Counted from the stretch's first letter, positions 1-11,296 are shown. The stretch is DNA of 64,000 bases from Sphingomonadaceae bacterium (GCA_025056155.1 JANWWL010000003.1:2245-66244); one strand, 5' to 3'. Made by a program: numbers and translations. Notes: generated by a model from the sequence alone, not told the origin.

Positions 1-375
1 GTCGGGACGCACGGCGAGCGGCGACAGGATCGCCTCGACTTCCGCATAACCCGCCAAGGCGTCGTCGAGGCGCGAAAGGTGAAGCTGGGCCTCGGCCCAG
101 GCCGGTTGTCCAGGGCGGGCCCCGCGCGCGGCGGCTACGGCCGCCTGGGCGGTCGGCCAGGCCTGCGCCCACGCCTTGCGGACCTCCGCAAGGCGGTCGT
201 CGGCCCGCGCGCGCGCACGCCCGAAGGCCGCGCGGTCCTCGGCCGAAAGGGCATCGGCCGGCGCCACGACGGGCGCGACGGCCCGGGGCGCCTCGTGAGG
301 GCGGGGCTGCAGGTCGGGAAAGCCCCCACGCCCGGCGCAGCCGGCGATCAGGGTCGCCCCCAAGACGTGAACCAT
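1..375 (-). CDS. hypothetical lipoprotein; the 3' end lies beyond the left edge of the window
   Basis: The ATG at 375-373 opens an uninterrupted frame down to position 1 (125 codons). It is absent from the ORF track because no stop is reached. The N-terminus MVHVLGATLIAGCAG carries a lipobox (LIAGC). GC3 is high. No family recognised. Confidence 0.4.
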   Translation of the reverse strand, partial: MVHVLGATLIAGCAGRGGFPDLQPRPHEAPRAVAPVVAPADALSAEDRAAFGRARARADDRLAEVRKAWAQAWPTAQAAVAAARGARPGQPAWAEAQLHLSRLDDALAGYAEVEAILSPLAVRPD

Positions 376-473
376 GGGGAAGGCGACCGGCCAGCGCCGG
401 CCGCCCAGACCACCCGCCCAGGTGAGGCGCCGGCTTGCAATCCTGGGCGTGCGGGCTATCAGCCCGGCCACGC

Positions 474-550
474 GCGCCCGTAGCTCAGCTGGATAGAGCA
501 CCAGACTACGAATCTGGGGGTCGGACGTTCGAATCGTTCCGGGCGCGCCA
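474..550 (+). tRNA. tRNA-Arg (anticodon ACG)
   Basis: A 77-nt cloverleaf folded by hand. Acceptor GCGCCCG/CGGGCGC; D arm GCTC-AGCTGGATA-GAGC; anticodon arm CCAGA-CTACGAA-TCTGG; T arm GGACG-TTCGAAT-CGTTC. The CCA end is encoded. Confidence 0.9.
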
Positions 551-679
551 CCGCCGCCGAGCCCACGCCCTCCGCCGGGCCGCCTCTGGTCCCCCATCAA
601 CACGGCCACTGGCACGGCGCGGCCGGCCTCGCCACACACCCGGCGGACCGCCGGACCCGGCGCGCGCCCCGAAGGTCGC

Positions 680-1345
680 TCAGTCGTCGGAGTCCTGGCC
701 GTACCAGGTGGCCCCGATCACCACGGGCGGCCGACCTTGCGCAGCGCGGCGAGCGTTCGTGTCCCGCAGGGAATGGATGCAGCCGCAGTACTGCTGCTGG
801 TAGAAACGTTCGCGCTTGGCGATCTCGATCATGCGCTGAGCGCCACCCCCCTTGCGCCAGTTGAACGTCCAGTAGGTGAGCCCCGGATAGCGCGCCGCCG
901 CCCGCTCGCCGCAGGCGTTGATCTGGTTCATGTCTTTCCAGCGCGAGATGCCAAGCGAGCTCGTGAAGACGGGAAAGCCGTGCGCGTGGGCGTAGGCCGC
1001 CGTCACTTCGAAGCGCAGGTCGAAGCAGACGGTGCAGCGGGCGCCCCGCTCGGGCTCGTGCTCGAGCCCGCGGGTGCGGCGGAACCAGGTGGGTGGATCG
1101 TAGTCGGCATCGACGAAGGGGATCCCGTTCTTGCGGGCGAAGGCGATGTTTTCGTCCTTCCGCAGCAGATATTCTTCGCGCGGGTGGATGTTGGGATTGT
1201 AGAAGAAGATGGTGTAGTCGATGCCACTTGCGGAAAGCGCTTCCATCACTTCGCCCGAACAAGGAGCGCAGCAGCTGTGGAGAAGCACCCGGCGCGCCCC
1301 TCCGGGCGGGACGAGGCGCGGGCGGTCAGGGGCGGCGTGCAGCAT
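680..1345 (-). CDS. queH: epoxyqueuosine reductase QueH (DUF208 family)
   Basis: 221-aa ORF with HSCCAPCSG near the N-terminus and a C-terminal YCGC motif, matching the QueH pattern. Length is as expected. Confidence 0.8.
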   Translation of the reverse strand: MLHAAPDRPRLVPPGGARRVLLHSCCAPCSGEVMEALSASGIDYTIFFYNPNIHPREEYLLRKDENIAFARKNGIPFVDADYDPPTWFRRTRGLEHEPERGARCTVCFDLRFEVTAAYAHAHGFPVFTSSLGISRWKDMNQINACGERAAARYPGLTYWTFNWRKGGGAQRMIEIAKRERFYQQQYCGCIHSLRDTNARRAAQGRPPVVIGATWYGQDSDD

Positions 1346-1387
1346 GGGCCCGCTATAGCCGGGTTCGCCCGCGCGTGCACGCGGGCG

Positions 1388-2308
1388 TCATGCGCCGGCT
1401 GGGGGTTCCGGCACGACCGAGGCCACGAGCGAGGCGTCGAGCGCTTCGTAGGCGGACAGCCCGATCGTGGCATAGAGTTCGGCGCGCGTCTGCATCTCGG
1501 GCACCATCGCCGCGGTCGAACCGTCGCGCGCAAGCGCCGCGTACAGCCGTGCCTGTGCGCGGTTGGCCACCCGGAGCGAGGAGACGGGCCAGATCACCAT
1601 GCGATAGCCCATCGCCTCGAACTCGGCGGCCGTGAAATGGGGCGTGCGGCCGAACTCGGTCATGTTGGCCAAGAGCGGCACGCCCGGCAGGGCCTTGGCG
1701 AAGTCTTCGAACATCTCGCGCGAGGTGAGCGCTTCGGGGAAGATCGCTTCCGCACCGGCCTCGACGTAGCGCCGGGCGCGGGCGACGGCGGCGTCGAAGC
1801 CTTCGACCGCCACGGCATCGGTGCGGGCGATCACCACGAGGTCGCGCGCCGCGCGTCGGGCGGCCGCCACCTTGGCCGCCATCTCGTCGGCACTCACCAA
1901 TCGCTTGTCGTTGAGGTGACCGCACTTCTTCGGGAGCTCCTGGTCCTCGAGGTGAACGGCGGCCGCGCCGGCCTCCTCGAACACGCGGACCATGTGCATC
2001 ACGTTGAGCACGCCGCCATAGCCCGTGTCGCCGTCCACGAGCACCGGCAGGCCGGCGGCCCGCACCAGCTGGCGAATGAAGAACGCGACCTCGTCCACCG
2101 TGATGATGCCCAGATCGGGCAACCCCATCGAGGCCGTCATTGCCGCGCCCGAAAGGTAAAGCGCCTCGAAGCCGGCGGCCTTGGCCTGGAGTGCAGCGTG
2201 GCCGTTGTGGGCACCGGGCAGGCGCAGGATGCCCGGCCGCGCCAACAGCGTGCGGAAGCGTCGCCCGGCCGGCTCGACGGGCAGGTCCGCAGCGACGAGC
2301 CAGGGCAT
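1388..2308 (-). CDS. prpB: methylisocitrate lyase
   Basis: 306-aa ORF of the isocitrate lyase/PEP mutase family (LSGAA, VDGDTGYGG, EDQ..PKKCGH). It is the last gene of a prpD-prpC-prpB run. Confidence 0.85.
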   Translation of the reverse strand: MPWLVAADLPVEPAGRRFRTLLARPGILRLPGAHNGHAALQAKAAGFEALYLSGAAMTASMGLPDLGIITVDEVAFFIRQLVRAAGLPVLVDGDTGYGGVLNVMHMVRVFEEAGAAAVHLEDQELPKKCGHLNDKRLVSADEMAAKVAAARRAARDLVVIARTDAVAVEGFDAAVARARRYVEAGAEAIFPEALTSREMFEDFAKALPGVPLLANMTEFGRTPHFTAAEFEAMGYRMVIWPVSSLRVANRAQARLYAALARDGSTAAMVPEMQTRAELYATIGLSAYEALDASLVASVVPEPPAGA

Positions 2309-2315
2309 CGGCGCC

Positions 2316-3470
2316 TCAGGCGGCCTGCCGCCGACGCTGGGCCAAGGGCACGAAGGGGCGCTCCTCCGGGCCCGTGTAGTTGGCCGACGGGCGGATGATC
2401 TTGCCGTCGGCGCGCTGCTCGATGGCGTGCGCCGCCCAGCCCGTGGTGCGGGAAATCACGAACAGGGGCGTAAACAGCAACTTGGGCACCCCCATCAGCG
2501 AATAGCTGACGGCCGAATACCAGTCGAGATTGGCGAACATCTTCTTGGTCTCGGCCATCACGCGTTCGATGGCTTCGGCCACTAGATATTGAGTCATGTC
2601 ACCTCGCTCCTCGGCAAGGCCCTTGGCCACGCGCCGGATGATCTCGTTGCGCGGGTCGGCCACGGTGTAGACCGGGTGGCCGAAGCCGATGATGACCTCC
2701 TTGGCCTCGACGCGCCGGCGGATGTCGGCCGCCGCTTCCGCGGGGGTGGCGTAGCGCGTCTGGATGTCGTGGGCCACTTCGTTGGCGCCGCCGTGCTTGG
2801 GCCCTTTCAGCGTTGCGATGGCGGCGGTGACGGCGCCGTAAAGGTCGGCGCCCGTGCTGGCGGTCAGCCGCGCGGCGAAGGTGGACGCGGCGAACTCGTG
2901 CTCGGCATAGAGGATGAGCGAGGTGTGCATCGCCCGCACGTGGCTGTCGGGCGCGGGCCGGCCGTGCAGCAGGGTAAGCAGATGGCCCGCGATCGTCTCG
3001 TCCTCGGTTTCGACGTCGATGCGGCGGCCGTTCCGGGCGAAATGGAACCAATAGAGGAGCATCGAGCCCAGGCTCGCCAGCAGCCGGTCGGCGATCTCGC
3101 GGGCGCCGGCCGGCGGGTGGCCGGGCTCTTCGGGCAGCACGCAGCCCAAGGCCGACACGCCCGTGCGCAGCACGTCCATGGGGTGGGCGCCGGCCGGCAG
3201 CGCTTCCAGCACCGCGCGCACGGCCGCCGGCAGGCCCCGCAGCGACGCCAGGTGGCGGCGATAGGCGGCCAGCTCGGCCGGATCGGGCAGCTCGCCGTGG
3301 ATCAGCAGGTGGGCCACTTCCTCGAACGTGCAGGCTTCGGCCAGGTCGCGGATGTCGTAGCCGCGGTAGTGAAGGTCGTTGCCCGTGCGGCCCACGGTGC
3401 ACAGCGCCGTGTTGCCGGCCACCACGCCCGACAGGGCAACCGACTTCTTGGGACGGAAGGACGTTTCCAT
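2316..3470 (-). CDS. prpC: 2-methylcitrate synthase (citrate synthase family)
   Basis: 384-aa citrate-synthase-like ORF (GFGHPVY, DWYSAV). It sits between prpD and prpB with short gaps. Confidence 0.85.
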   Translation of the reverse strand: METSFRPKKSVALSGVVAGNTALCTVGRTGNDLHYRGYDIRDLAEACTFEEVAHLLIHGELPDPAELAAYRRHLASLRGLPAAVRAVLEALPAGAHPMDVLRTGVSALGCVLPEEPGHPPAGAREIADRLLASLGSMLLYWFHFARNGRRIDVETEDETIAGHLLTLLHGRPAPDSHVRAMHTSLILYAEHEFAASTFAARLTASTGADLYGAVTAAIATLKGPKHGGANEVAHDIQTRYATPAEAAADIRRRVEAKEVIIGFGHPVYTVADPRNEIIRRVAKGLAEERGDMTQYLVAEAIERVMAETKKMFANLDWYSAVSYSLMGVPKLLFTPLFVISRTTGWAAHAIEQRADGKIIRPSANYTGPEERPFVPLAQRRRQAA

Positions 3471-3500
3471 GCGCGTGATCCTTGCCGGTTCGAGGGAAGG

Positions 3501-5018
3501 TCAGAAGATCCCCGGGGGAGCGTCGGGCCCCAGCCGTTCCGGCCGCACCCGGGGGGTGAGCCCCGCCAGATCGTCGGGGGCGAGCTCGGGCAGCCGCTCG
3601 ATGAGCGCCAGGAACCGGTCCTGCTCGGCCGGCTCAACGATGCCGTGCGCCAGGGTGCGGAACTTCTCGATGTACTGGGGCCGGGCGAAGGGCCGGGCGC
3701 CCGCGGGATGCGCGTCGGCCACCGCGAGCTCGTCCTCGATCACGGTGCCATCGGCCAGCGTGACGACGACGTGCCCGCCGAAGGCCCGCCGGGCGGGATC
3801 GGGGTCGTGGTAGCGGGCGGTCCAGGCCGGATCCTCCTCGGTGCGGATCTTGTGCCACAGGGTGACCGTGGAGGGCCGGTGCGCGCGTTCGGGGGTGTAG
3901 CTGTCGATGTGGTGCCAGCGGCCGTCCTCGAGCGCGACGGCGAAGATGTACATGATGGAATGATCCAGCGTCTCCCGGCTGGCGTCGGGATCCATCTTCT
4001 GGGGATCGTTGGCCCCGGTGCCGATCACGGTGTGGGTGTGGTGGCTCGTGCGGATCAGGATGTCCTTCACCTGCGTCAGGTCCGGGATGCGGGTGCGCAA
4101 CCGGCGGGCCAGGTCGATGAGCGCCTGGCTCTGGTATTCGGCCGAATGTTCCTTGGTGTAGGTCTCGAGGATGGCGCGTTTGGGCTCGCCGCGTTCGGGC
4201 AAGGGCACGCGATACACGTGGCCCGGCCCGGACAGGAGCCAGGCGATGAACCCGTCCTCGCCCTCCCAGGCGGGCGAGGGCGCGCCTTCGCCCCGCATCG
4301 CGCGGTCGACGGCCTCCACCGCCATCTTGCCGGCGAAGGCCGGCGCGAAGGCCTTCCAGCTTGAGATCTCGCCCTTGCGCGACTGGCGCGTCGTGGTGGT
4401 GACGTGAAGGGCCTGCTGGATGGCCTGGTAGGTCGTCTCGACCGACAGGCCAAGCAGCGTGCCCAGGCCCGCCGCGGCCGCGGGCCCCAGATGGGCGATG
4501 TGGTCGATCTTGTGCTCGTGAAGGCAGATGCCCTTCACGAGCGCCACGTGGATCTCGTAGGCGGTGGCGATCGCGCGCACCAGGTCCTGCCCACGGCGGC
4601 CCATCGCCTGCGCCACGGCCAGGATGGGGGGGATGTTGTCGGCCGGGTGGCTGTAGTCGGCCGCCAGGAACGTGTCGTGGAAATCGAGCTCGCGTACCGC
4701 CACCCCGTTGGCCCAGGCGGCCCATTCGGGGCTCACGCGGACGGTGGGATCGAGGCCGTACAGGGTGCCGCCCCCGTTGCGATGGAATGGCCCGATGCGA
4801 TGGCCCAGCGCCTGGGCCCGCGCGGATCGGACGGGCCGGCGGTCGATGGCCGCCACGGCCACCGCGGCGTTGTCGATGATCCGGTTGCCGATCATCTCGA
4901 CGACCTCGGGCTCGACGGCCACGGGATCGGCCGCGACTTCCGCGATCTTCCAGGCAAGCTGTGCCTCGCGCGGCAGCCGCTCGGCCGATCGATAGGTGCG
5001 CACCTCGTGCCAGATCAT
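3501..5018 (-). CDS. prpD: 2-methylcitrate dehydratase (MmgE/PrpD family)
   Basis: 505-aa ORF with PrpD-like sequence over its whole length. It is the first gene of the prp run. Confidence 0.85.
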   Translation of the reverse strand: MIWHEVRTYRSAERLPREAQLAWKIAEVAADPVAVEPEVVEMIGNRIIDNAAVAVAAIDRRPVRSARAQALGHRIGPFHRNGGGTLYGLDPTVRVSPEWAAWANGVAVRELDFHDTFLAADYSHPADNIPPILAVAQAMGRRGQDLVRAIATAYEIHVALVKGICLHEHKIDHIAHLGPAAAAGLGTLLGLSVETTYQAIQQALHVTTTTRQSRKGEISSWKAFAPAFAGKMAVEAVDRAMRGEGAPSPAWEGEDGFIAWLLSGPGHVYRVPLPERGEPKRAILETYTKEHSAEYQSQALIDLARRLRTRIPDLTQVKDILIRTSHHTHTVIGTGANDPQKMDPDASRETLDHSIMYIFAVALEDGRWHHIDSYTPERAHRPSTVTLWHKIRTEEDPAWTARYHDPDPARRAFGGHVVVTLADGTVIEDELAVADAHPAGARPFARPQYIEKFRTLAHGIVEPAEQDRFLALIERLPELAPDDLAGLTPRVRPERLGPDAPPGIF

Positions 5019-5167
5019 CCGTCCCCCTCATCTCGTCATGGTTCCGCAGGCGGCCTGCGGGCTCGCCTCGTTGCGGTAGCGCAGGGCGCGGCGCCTGTCT
5101 TCCCTGCCAGGGGCGTCAGGATGGCCGCCATGCGCTGGCCAAAAGGCGGGGGCGGCCTCCGGGTGGG

Positions 5168-8100
5168 TCACGCGGGCGCCACCGGCCCCAGCACCGCCAG
5201 GAGATCCTTCTCCTCCACCTGGTCGTGCGGGTGTACGAGCAGCTCGGTCACCACGCCGCCGCGGGGGGCGCGCAACGTGGTCTCCATCTTCATGGCCTCG
5301 AGCGTGAGCAGCGGATCCCCGGCTTCGACGCGCTGGCCCACCCGGACCGCGACCGACGAGACGGCGCCTGCCATCGGGGCGGCCACGTGCCCGTCGCGAT
5401 CCTCGGCCTTGCGGCGCGCCGGGCGCGCCGCCCGGCGCCGGTCGGCCACGCGCACCAGGCGCGGCTGGCCGTTGAGCTCGAAGAACAGGCGCACCTGGCC
5501 GTCGGGGTCCGGCTCGCCGATGGCCTGCAGCACGACGATGAGCGACTTGCCCGGCTCGAGCTCCACCTGGCACTCCTCGCCCGGCCGCATGCCGCCGAAG
5601 AACACGGGCGTGGGCAGCGCCTCGACCGGCCCGAAGCGCGCATCGTGGCGGGCGTAGTCGACGAACACCTCAGGGTGCATCAGGTAGGAGGCGAGCTCGC
5701 GGTCCGACACGGCCCGGCCGAGCTTCCCCTGCGCTTCGGCGCGGGCGGCCTCGAGGTCGACGGGGGCCAAGGCGGGGGGCGGGTGCCCGGCCTCGGGCCC
5801 CAAGGCCTTGGCCACGACGGCCGGCGGGAATCCGCCTTCCGGAAACCCCAGTTCGCCCTTCAGCATGCCGATGACGGAGGCGGGCCAGGCGATCTCGCGG
5901 GCCGGGTCCAGCACGTCGTCGGCCGAGAGGTTCTGGCTCACCATCATGAGGGCCATGTCGCCCACCACCTTGGACGAGGGAGTGACCTTGATGATGTCGC
6001 CGAACAGATCGTTGGCCGCGCGGTAGGCCCGGGCCACCTCGGGCCAGTGGTCCTCGAGCCCCAGGGCGCGCGCCTGTTCGCGGAGGTTGGTGAACTGGCC
6101 GCCCGGCATTTCGTGCAGCCACACTTCCGAGGCCCCCCAGCGCACGTCGCCTTCGAAGGGGGCGTAGAGGCGGCGCACGCCTTCCCACGCCGCGGCCAGC
6201 GCGCGGATCGCCGCCGGATCGAGCCCGGTGTCGCGCGGGCCGTGGCGTAGGGCATGGACCACGGAGCCAAGACAAGGCTGGGAGACGGTGCCCGACATGG
6301 AATCGAGCGCCAGGTCGATCGCATCCACCCCCTCCTCGACTGCGGCCAGCAAGGTGGCCGCGGCGATGCCCGACGTGTCGTGGGTGTGGAGGTGGATCGG
6401 AAGGCCAGTGACGTCGCGCAGCGCGCGCACCAGAAGCCGCGCCGCAGCCGGCTTGAGCAGCCCCGCCATGTCCTTGATGGCCAGCACGTGGGCGCCTGCC
6501 GCCTCCAGGGCCTTGGCGCGCTCGGTGTAGTGCGACAGGGGATAGCGCGTGCGGGTGGGGTCGGTCAGGTCGCCTGCGTAGCACAAGGCGGCTTCGGCCA
6601 GCTTGCCCGCGTCGCGCACCGCCTCGATCGCCGGGCGCAGGTGGGCCACGTCGTTGAAGCAGTCGAAGATGCGGAAGACATCGATGCCCGCTGCGGCCGC
6701 CTCGCGCACGAAGAAGCGCACGGCGTTGTCGGGGTAGTTCGCATAGCCCACCGCACTCGCCCCACGCAGCAGCATCTGCAACAGCAGGTTGGGAACGGCG
6801 GCGCGCAGGCGCGCCAGGCGTTCCCAGGGGTCTTCCTTCAGGAAGCGGAGCGCCACGTCGAAGGTGGCCCCGCCCCAGCATTCGAGAGAGAAGAGGCCGG
6901 GCAGGCCGCGCGCCGTCGCCTCGGCCATCGGCACCAGGTCGTGCGTGCGCATGCGGGTGGCAAGCAACGACTGGTGCGCATCCCGCAGGCTCGTGTCGGT
7001 GACGAGCACGCGGGTCTGCTCCCGCATCCAGCGCGCGAGGCCTTCGGGGCCCAGCCGGTCGAGCAGCGCCTTGGTTCCCGGGGGCGGCGCGGGAAAGCCA
7101 GGCGGGGTGGGCGCGCGCCAGTGCGTGGGCACGGGCGTGCGGCCCCTCATCTCGGGGTGCCCGTTCACCGTCACTTCGGCGATGTAGCGCAGAAGCTTGC
7201 TGGCGCGGTCGCGGCGGGCGGGCGGCCGCAGCAGCTCGGGCGTCTCGTCCACGAAGCGGGTGGTGTAGGTGGCCGTGCGGAAGGCCGGGTGGGCCAGGAC
7301 GGCCGAGAGGAACGCGAGGTTGGTGGCCACGCCGCGCACGCGGTATTCGTTGAGCGCACGGTCCAACCGAGCGATCGCCTCCTCGGCCGTGGGCGCCCAG
7401 GCGGTCACCTTCTCGAGCAGCGGATCGTAGAACGGCGTGACGACCGCGCCTGGATAGGTGGTGCCGCCGTCGATGCGGATGCCAAAGCCCGAAGCGCTGC
7501 GAAAGGCGCTGATCCGGCCGTAGTCAGGAGCGAAGCCCCGTTCGGGATCCTCGGTGGTCACACGGGCCTGGATGGCGTGCCCGAACAACCGGATCTCCTC
7601 CTGGGGGGGGATGCCGGTCTCGGCTACCACCCCCAGCCGGCCGCCCTCGGCGATCCGGATCTGCGCCTTCACGATGTCGAGGCCCGTCACCTCTTCGGTC
7701 ACGGTGTGCTCGACCTGGATGCGCGGGTTCACCTCGATGAAGAAGATCTCGCCGGTCTCGGCGTCCATCAGGAACTCGACGGTGCCGGCCCCCACGTACC
7801 GGGCGGCCCGGGCGATCGCGAGCGCGGCCTCGGTCAGGCGCGCACGGGTCGCGCCGTCGAGGAACGGGGCCGGCGCGCGCTCGATGACCTTCTGGTGGCG
7901 CCGCTGGACCGTGCAGTCGCGTTCGAACAGGTGGACGAGGTTGCCGTGCAGGTCGCCCAGCACCTGCACTTCCACGTGGCGGGCCCGCTCCACCAGCCGC
8001 TCGAAGTATAGGTCGTCGCGGCCGAAGGCGGCGGCCGCCTCGCGCCGCGCCGAGGCGACGGCGGCGGCCAGGTCGGAAGGCTGGCGCACGATGCGCATGC

Positions 8101-8611
8101 CACGCCCGCCCCCGCCCCAGGCCGCCTTCACCATCAGGGGGTAGCCCACGCGGGCGGCCCACCGGTCGGCCTCGTCCGGATCCTGCGGGATGGCCTCGGT
8201 CGCCGGCACCACCGGCACGCCCACGCGCGCCGCCAGCGCCCGGGCGGCCACCTTGTCGCCCAACAGCCTCAAGGTCTCGGGCGCAGGCCCGATGAAGCGG
8301 ATGCCCGCCCGGGCGCAGGCCGCGGCGAACTCCGGATTTTCTGACAGGAAGCCATAGCCTGGATGGATCGCGTCCACGCCGGCGGCCAAGGCCACCTGCA
8401 CGATGTCGTCGATGGCCAGATAGGCCTCGCGCGGGCCCCGGCCCCGGCCCACCGGGTAGGCCTCGTCGGCCTTCGAGCGGTGGAGGGAGAAGCGATCCTC
8501 CTTGGCGTAAATGGCGACCGTGCGAATCCCGAGTTCGGCGGCCGCGCGGAAGACCCGGATGGCGATTTCGGATCGGTTGGCGACGAGGAGTTTGCGGATG
8601 GGCGCGGTCAT
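5168..8611 (-). CDS. pyc: pyruvate carboxylase
   Basis: 1147-aa single-chain enzyme. It has an N-terminal biotin carboxylase domain (LVANRSEIAIRV), a central carboxyltransferase TIM-barrel region and a C-terminal biotinyl motif EAMKME. Confidence 0.92.
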   Translation of the reverse strand: MTAPIRKLLVANRSEIAIRVFRAAAELGIRTVAIYAKEDRFSLHRSKADEAYPVGRGRGPREAYLAIDDIVQVALAAGVDAIHPGYGFLSENPEFAAACARAGIRFIGPAPETLRLLGDKVAARALAARVGVPVVPATEAIPQDPDEADRWAARVGYPLMVKAAWGGGGRGMRIVRQPSDLAAAVASARREAAAAFGRDDLYFERLVERARHVEVQVLGDLHGNLVHLFERDCTVQRRHQKVIERAPAPFLDGATRARLTEAALAIARAARYVGAGTVEFLMDAETGEIFFIEVNPRIQVEHTVTEEVTGLDIVKAQIRIAEGGRLGVVAETGIPPQEEIRLFGHAIQARVTTEDPERGFAPDYGRISAFRSASGFGIRIDGGTTYPGAVVTPFYDPLLEKVTAWAPTAEEAIARLDRALNEYRVRGVATNLAFLSAVLAHPAFRTATYTTRFVDETPELLRPPARRDRASKLLRYIAEVTVNGHPEMRGRTPVPTHWRAPTPPGFPAPPPGTKALLDRLGPEGLARWMREQTRVLVTDTSLRDAHQSLLATRMRTHDLVPMAEATARGLPGLFSLECWGGATFDVALRFLKEDPWERLARLRAAVPNLLLQMLLRGASAVGYANYPDNAVRFFVREAAAAGIDVFRIFDCFNDVAHLRPAIEAVRDAGKLAEAALCYAGDLTDPTRTRYPLSHYTERAKALEAAGAHVLAIKDMAGLLKPAAARLLVRALRDVTGLPIHLHTHDTSGIAAATLLAAVEEGVDAIDLALDSMSGTVSQPCLGSVVHALRHGPRDTGLDPAAIRALAAAWEGVRRLYAPFEGDVRWGASEVWLHEMPGGQFTNLREQARALGLEDHWPEVARAYRAANDLFGDIIKVTPSSKVVGDMALMMVSQNLSADDVLDPAREIAWPASVIGMLKGELGFPEGGFPPAVVAKALGPEAGHPPPALAPVDLEAARAEAQGKLGRAVSDRELASYLMHPEVFVDYARHDARFGPVEALPTPVFFGGMRPGEECQVELEPGKSLIVVLQAIGEPDPDGQVRLFFELNGQPRLVRVADRRRAARPARRKAEDRDGHVAAPMAGAVSSVAVRVGQRVEAGDPLLTLEAMKMETTLRAPRGGVVTELLVHPHDQVEEKDLLAVLGPVAPA

Positions 8612-8715
8612 CTCCGGGTCCTGCCGTTCGAGGCCTGGGCCCCGCCCGCTAGGAAGCCGGGCGGGGCTTCGACCATATCGCGAAACGGCGAGGTGTCGCA
8701 GCCCTTGCCCCCATG

Positions 8716-8735
8716 CCCGACCGTTCGCGGTCGGG
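8716..8735 (-). terminator. perfect 8-bp GC hairpin downstream of metE (possible terminator)
   Basis: CCCGACCG-ttcg-CGGTCGGG lies 58 nt past the metE stop. There is no U-tract, so the assignment is weak. A second 10-bp hairpin (GCCCCGCCCG...CGGGCGGGGC) lies at 8639-8667, in the pyc leader. Confidence 0.25.
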
Positions 8736-8792
8736 GTCGCCGCGCCTACCGCACGGCAAGGTGCCGCCCTTGCCGCCGCAGCCTGACGGACG

Positions 8793-11129
8793 TCAGCCGG
8801 TGCGCGCGGCGGCCCGGCGCGCGCGCAGCGTGCGGGCCGCCTCCACCATGTGGGCGATGGCGGGCTTCACCTCCTCCCAGCGGCGGGTCTTGAGCCCACA
8901 GTCGGGATTGACCCAGATCTGGTCGGCCGGGACGCGTTCCGCCGCCCGATCGAGCAGGGCCACCATCTCCTCGGTCGGCGGGATGCGGGGGGCGTGGATG
9001 TCGTACACGCCGGGCCCGATCTCGTTGGGATAGCGGAAATCGACGAAGGCCTCGATCAGCTCCATCTTCGACCGCGCCGTCTCGATCGAGATTACGTCGG
9101 CGTCCATCGCGGCGATGGCCTCGATGATGTCATTGAACTGGGAATAGCACATGTGGGTGTGGATCTGCGTGGTGTCGCGCACGCCGGCCGAAGCCAGGCG
9201 GAAGCATTCGACGGCCCAGGCAAGATAGGCGGACCAGTCCGCCCGCCGCAGCGGCAGGCCTTCGCGGAAGGCCGGCTCGTCGATCTGGATGACGCGGATG
9301 CCCGCCCGCTCCAGGTCCAGCACTTCGTCGCGCAGGGCGAGCGCGATCTGTCGGCAGACCTCGGCGCGCGGCAGGTCGTCGCGCACGAAGCTCCACTGCA
9401 GCATGGTGACGGGGCCCGTCAGCATGCCCTTGACCGGCTTGGTCGTGAGCGACTGGGCATAGGCCGTCATCCCCACCGTCATGGGCTTCGGCCGATGGAC
9501 GTCGCCGTAGATGATGGGCGGGCGCACGTAGCGCGAGCCATAGCTCTGCACCCAGCCGCGCGTGGTGAAGGCGAAGCCCGCCAGCTGCTCGCCGAAATAC
9601 TGCACCATGTCGTTGCGTTCGAACTCGCCATGGACGAGGACGTCGAGCCCCACCTCCTCCTGCCAGCGGATGGCGCGCTCGGTCTCGGCCTTGAGGAACG
9701 CCTCGTACTCGGCATCCGACAGCGCGCCCCGGGCGTGGGCCGCCCGGGCCCGGCGCACCTCGGCCGTCTGCGGGAACGAGCCGATCGTGGTGGTGGGGAA
9801 ATCGGGCAGGCCCAAGGCCGCGCGCTGGAGGAGGCGGCGGGCGGGGAAGGGGCTCGTCCGGCGGGTGTCGGCCGGTGTCGTGGCGGCCACCCGGGCGCGG
9901 ACGGCGGGATCGTGGGTGCGGGGATCGCTCCGGCGCCGGGCGAGCGCTGCTCGAGCGGCCTCCAGCGCGTCGGCCACCGCCCCCCGGCCCTCGAGCAGGG
10001 CCCGCCGCAGCAGGCCGAGCTCGCCCACCTTCTGCACGGCGAAGGCCAGCCATTCGGCGATGGTGGGGTCGAGCTCGGTTTCGAGCGCCAGGTCGATGGG
10101 GACGTGGATGAGCGAGCAGGACGGCGCGAGCTCGAGCCGCTCCGCCCCCAGCTGCTCGACGACCGGTTCCAGCCGGTCGACGAGGCTGGCGAGGTCCGCG
10201 CGCCAGACGTTGCGCCCGTCGACCACGCCCAGGGACAGGCGCCGGCCCTGGGGCCAGCGGCCCAGCACCTCCTCGAGCTGCCCCGGCCCCCGCACCAGGT
10301 CCAGGTGGAGGCCCTGGACGGGCAGCGACAGGGCGAGGTCCAGATTGTCGCCCAACGGCCCGAACCAGGCCGTGAGCATCAGCGACAGGCCGGGCTGGTC
10401 GCGGCCGAGCGTCTCATAGGCCGTGCGGAAGGCAGCGCGCTGCCGATCCGACAGGTCGAGCACCAGGGCGGGTTCGTCCATCTGGACGGCGTCCACCCCC
10501 AGGGCCGCCAGCCGGCGCAGCACCTCGGCATAGACGGGCAGCAGGCCGGGCAAGAGGTCAAGCGGGTCGAACGCCCCGCCGCGGGCCTTGGCCAGCATGA
10601 GAAAGGTGACGGGCCCCAGCAGTAGGGGCCGCGGCCGGTGGCCCTGGGCGATCGCTTCGGCCGTCTGGTCGACGACGGCAGTCGAGCCCAGCGCGAATTC
10701 CTGGGTCGGGCTGAGTTCGGGGACGATGTAGTGATAGTTGGTGTCGAACCATTTCGTCATTTCGAGCGCCGGCAGGTCGCCGCCGGCGCGCCCGCGGGTG
10801 CCCCGCGCCATCGCGAAGTAGGTGGCAAGCCCAACGGCCCCCTGAGCGGGGCCATATTCCGGGGGCACCGTGCCCACCATGGCGGCCGTGTCCAACACGT
10901 GGTCGTAAAGCGTGAAATCGCCCGCGGGCAGCAGGTGGGCGCCCAGCGCGCGCTGCCGGGCCCAGTTGGCGGCCCGCAGCTCGGCGGCCGTGGCGAGCAA
11001 CCGCTCCTCCGACAGTTCGCCTGCCCAGAAGGCCTCGAGCGCCGTCTTCATCTCGCGCTTGGGGCCGATGCGCGGCCACCCCAGGGTGGCGACCGCCAGG
11101 GGTGGCGGGGGGCCGAACGCGGTCGTCAT
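8793..11129 (-). CDS. metE: cobalamin-independent methionine synthase
   Basis: The ORF 8793-11279 carries MetE sequence from MTTAFGPPPPLAVATLGWPRIGPKREMK onward. I place the start at the ATG at 11129, which is preceded by CAAGGAGG. That gives 778 aa, the typical length. Confidence 0.9.
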   Translation of the reverse strand: MTTAFGPPPPLAVATLGWPRIGPKREMKTALEAFWAGELSEERLLATAAELRAANWARQRALGAHLLPAGDFTLYDHVLDTAAMVGTVPPEYGPAQGAVGLATYFAMARGTRGRAGGDLPALEMTKWFDTNYHYIVPELSPTQEFALGSTAVVDQTAEAIAQGHRPRPLLLGPVTFLMLAKARGGAFDPLDLLPGLLPVYAEVLRRLAALGVDAVQMDEPALVLDLSDRQRAAFRTAYETLGRDQPGLSLMLTAWFGPLGDNLDLALSLPVQGLHLDLVRGPGQLEEVLGRWPQGRRLSLGVVDGRNVWRADLASLVDRLEPVVEQLGAERLELAPSCSLIHVPIDLALETELDPTIAEWLAFAVQKVGELGLLRRALLEGRGAVADALEAARAALARRRSDPRTHDPAVRARVAATTPADTRRTSPFPARRLLQRAALGLPDFPTTTIGSFPQTAEVRRARAAHARGALSDAEYEAFLKAETERAIRWQEEVGLDVLVHGEFERNDMVQYFGEQLAGFAFTTRGWVQSYGSRYVRPPIIYGDVHRPKPMTVGMTAYAQSLTTKPVKGMLTGPVTMLQWSFVRDDLPRAEVCRQIALALRDEVLDLERAGIRVIQIDEPAFREGLPLRRADWSAYLAWAVECFRLASAGVRDTTQIHTHMCYSQFNDIIEAIAAMDADVISIETARSKMELIEAFVDFRYPNEIGPGVYDIHAPRIPPTEEMVALLDRAAERVPADQIWVNPDCGLKTRRWEEVKPAIAHMVEAARTLRARRAAARTG

Positions 11130-11296
11130 GGCCGGAACCTCCTTGACCAACGGCTGCCGTGAGCCGGGGCACCCATCGCACGGCGGGCGGCCGCGCGCAA
11201 GCATGGATTTCAACAGTTCTTTAAGTCTTGCCGTGCAAGGCGCCTCGTTCCGAGGTCCAATGGCTTCGCCTGCGCCCACCGTCCATCCATGGGCCC

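Noticed and set aside
79-803. Track ORFs 79-483 (+) and 435-803 (+), which span the tRNA-Arg locus.
   Set aside because: They overlap a well-folded tRNA and have the low-complexity composition of spurious GC-rich ORFs. The minus-strand lipoprotein frame (1-375) explains the left part better.
11130-11296. Possible cobalamin or SAM-II riboswitch in the metE leader. metE is often riboswitch-controlled in alphaproteobacteria.
   Set aside because: The divergent spacer is only 167 nt. I could not find a B12 box (AGYCMGGAGACCKGCC-like) or the SAM-II core. Only a short AT-richer patch (ACTTAAAGAACTGTTGAAATCCATGC) is present, which is more likely promoter or regulator DNA. A covariance-model scan (Rfam RF00174, RF00521) would settle it.
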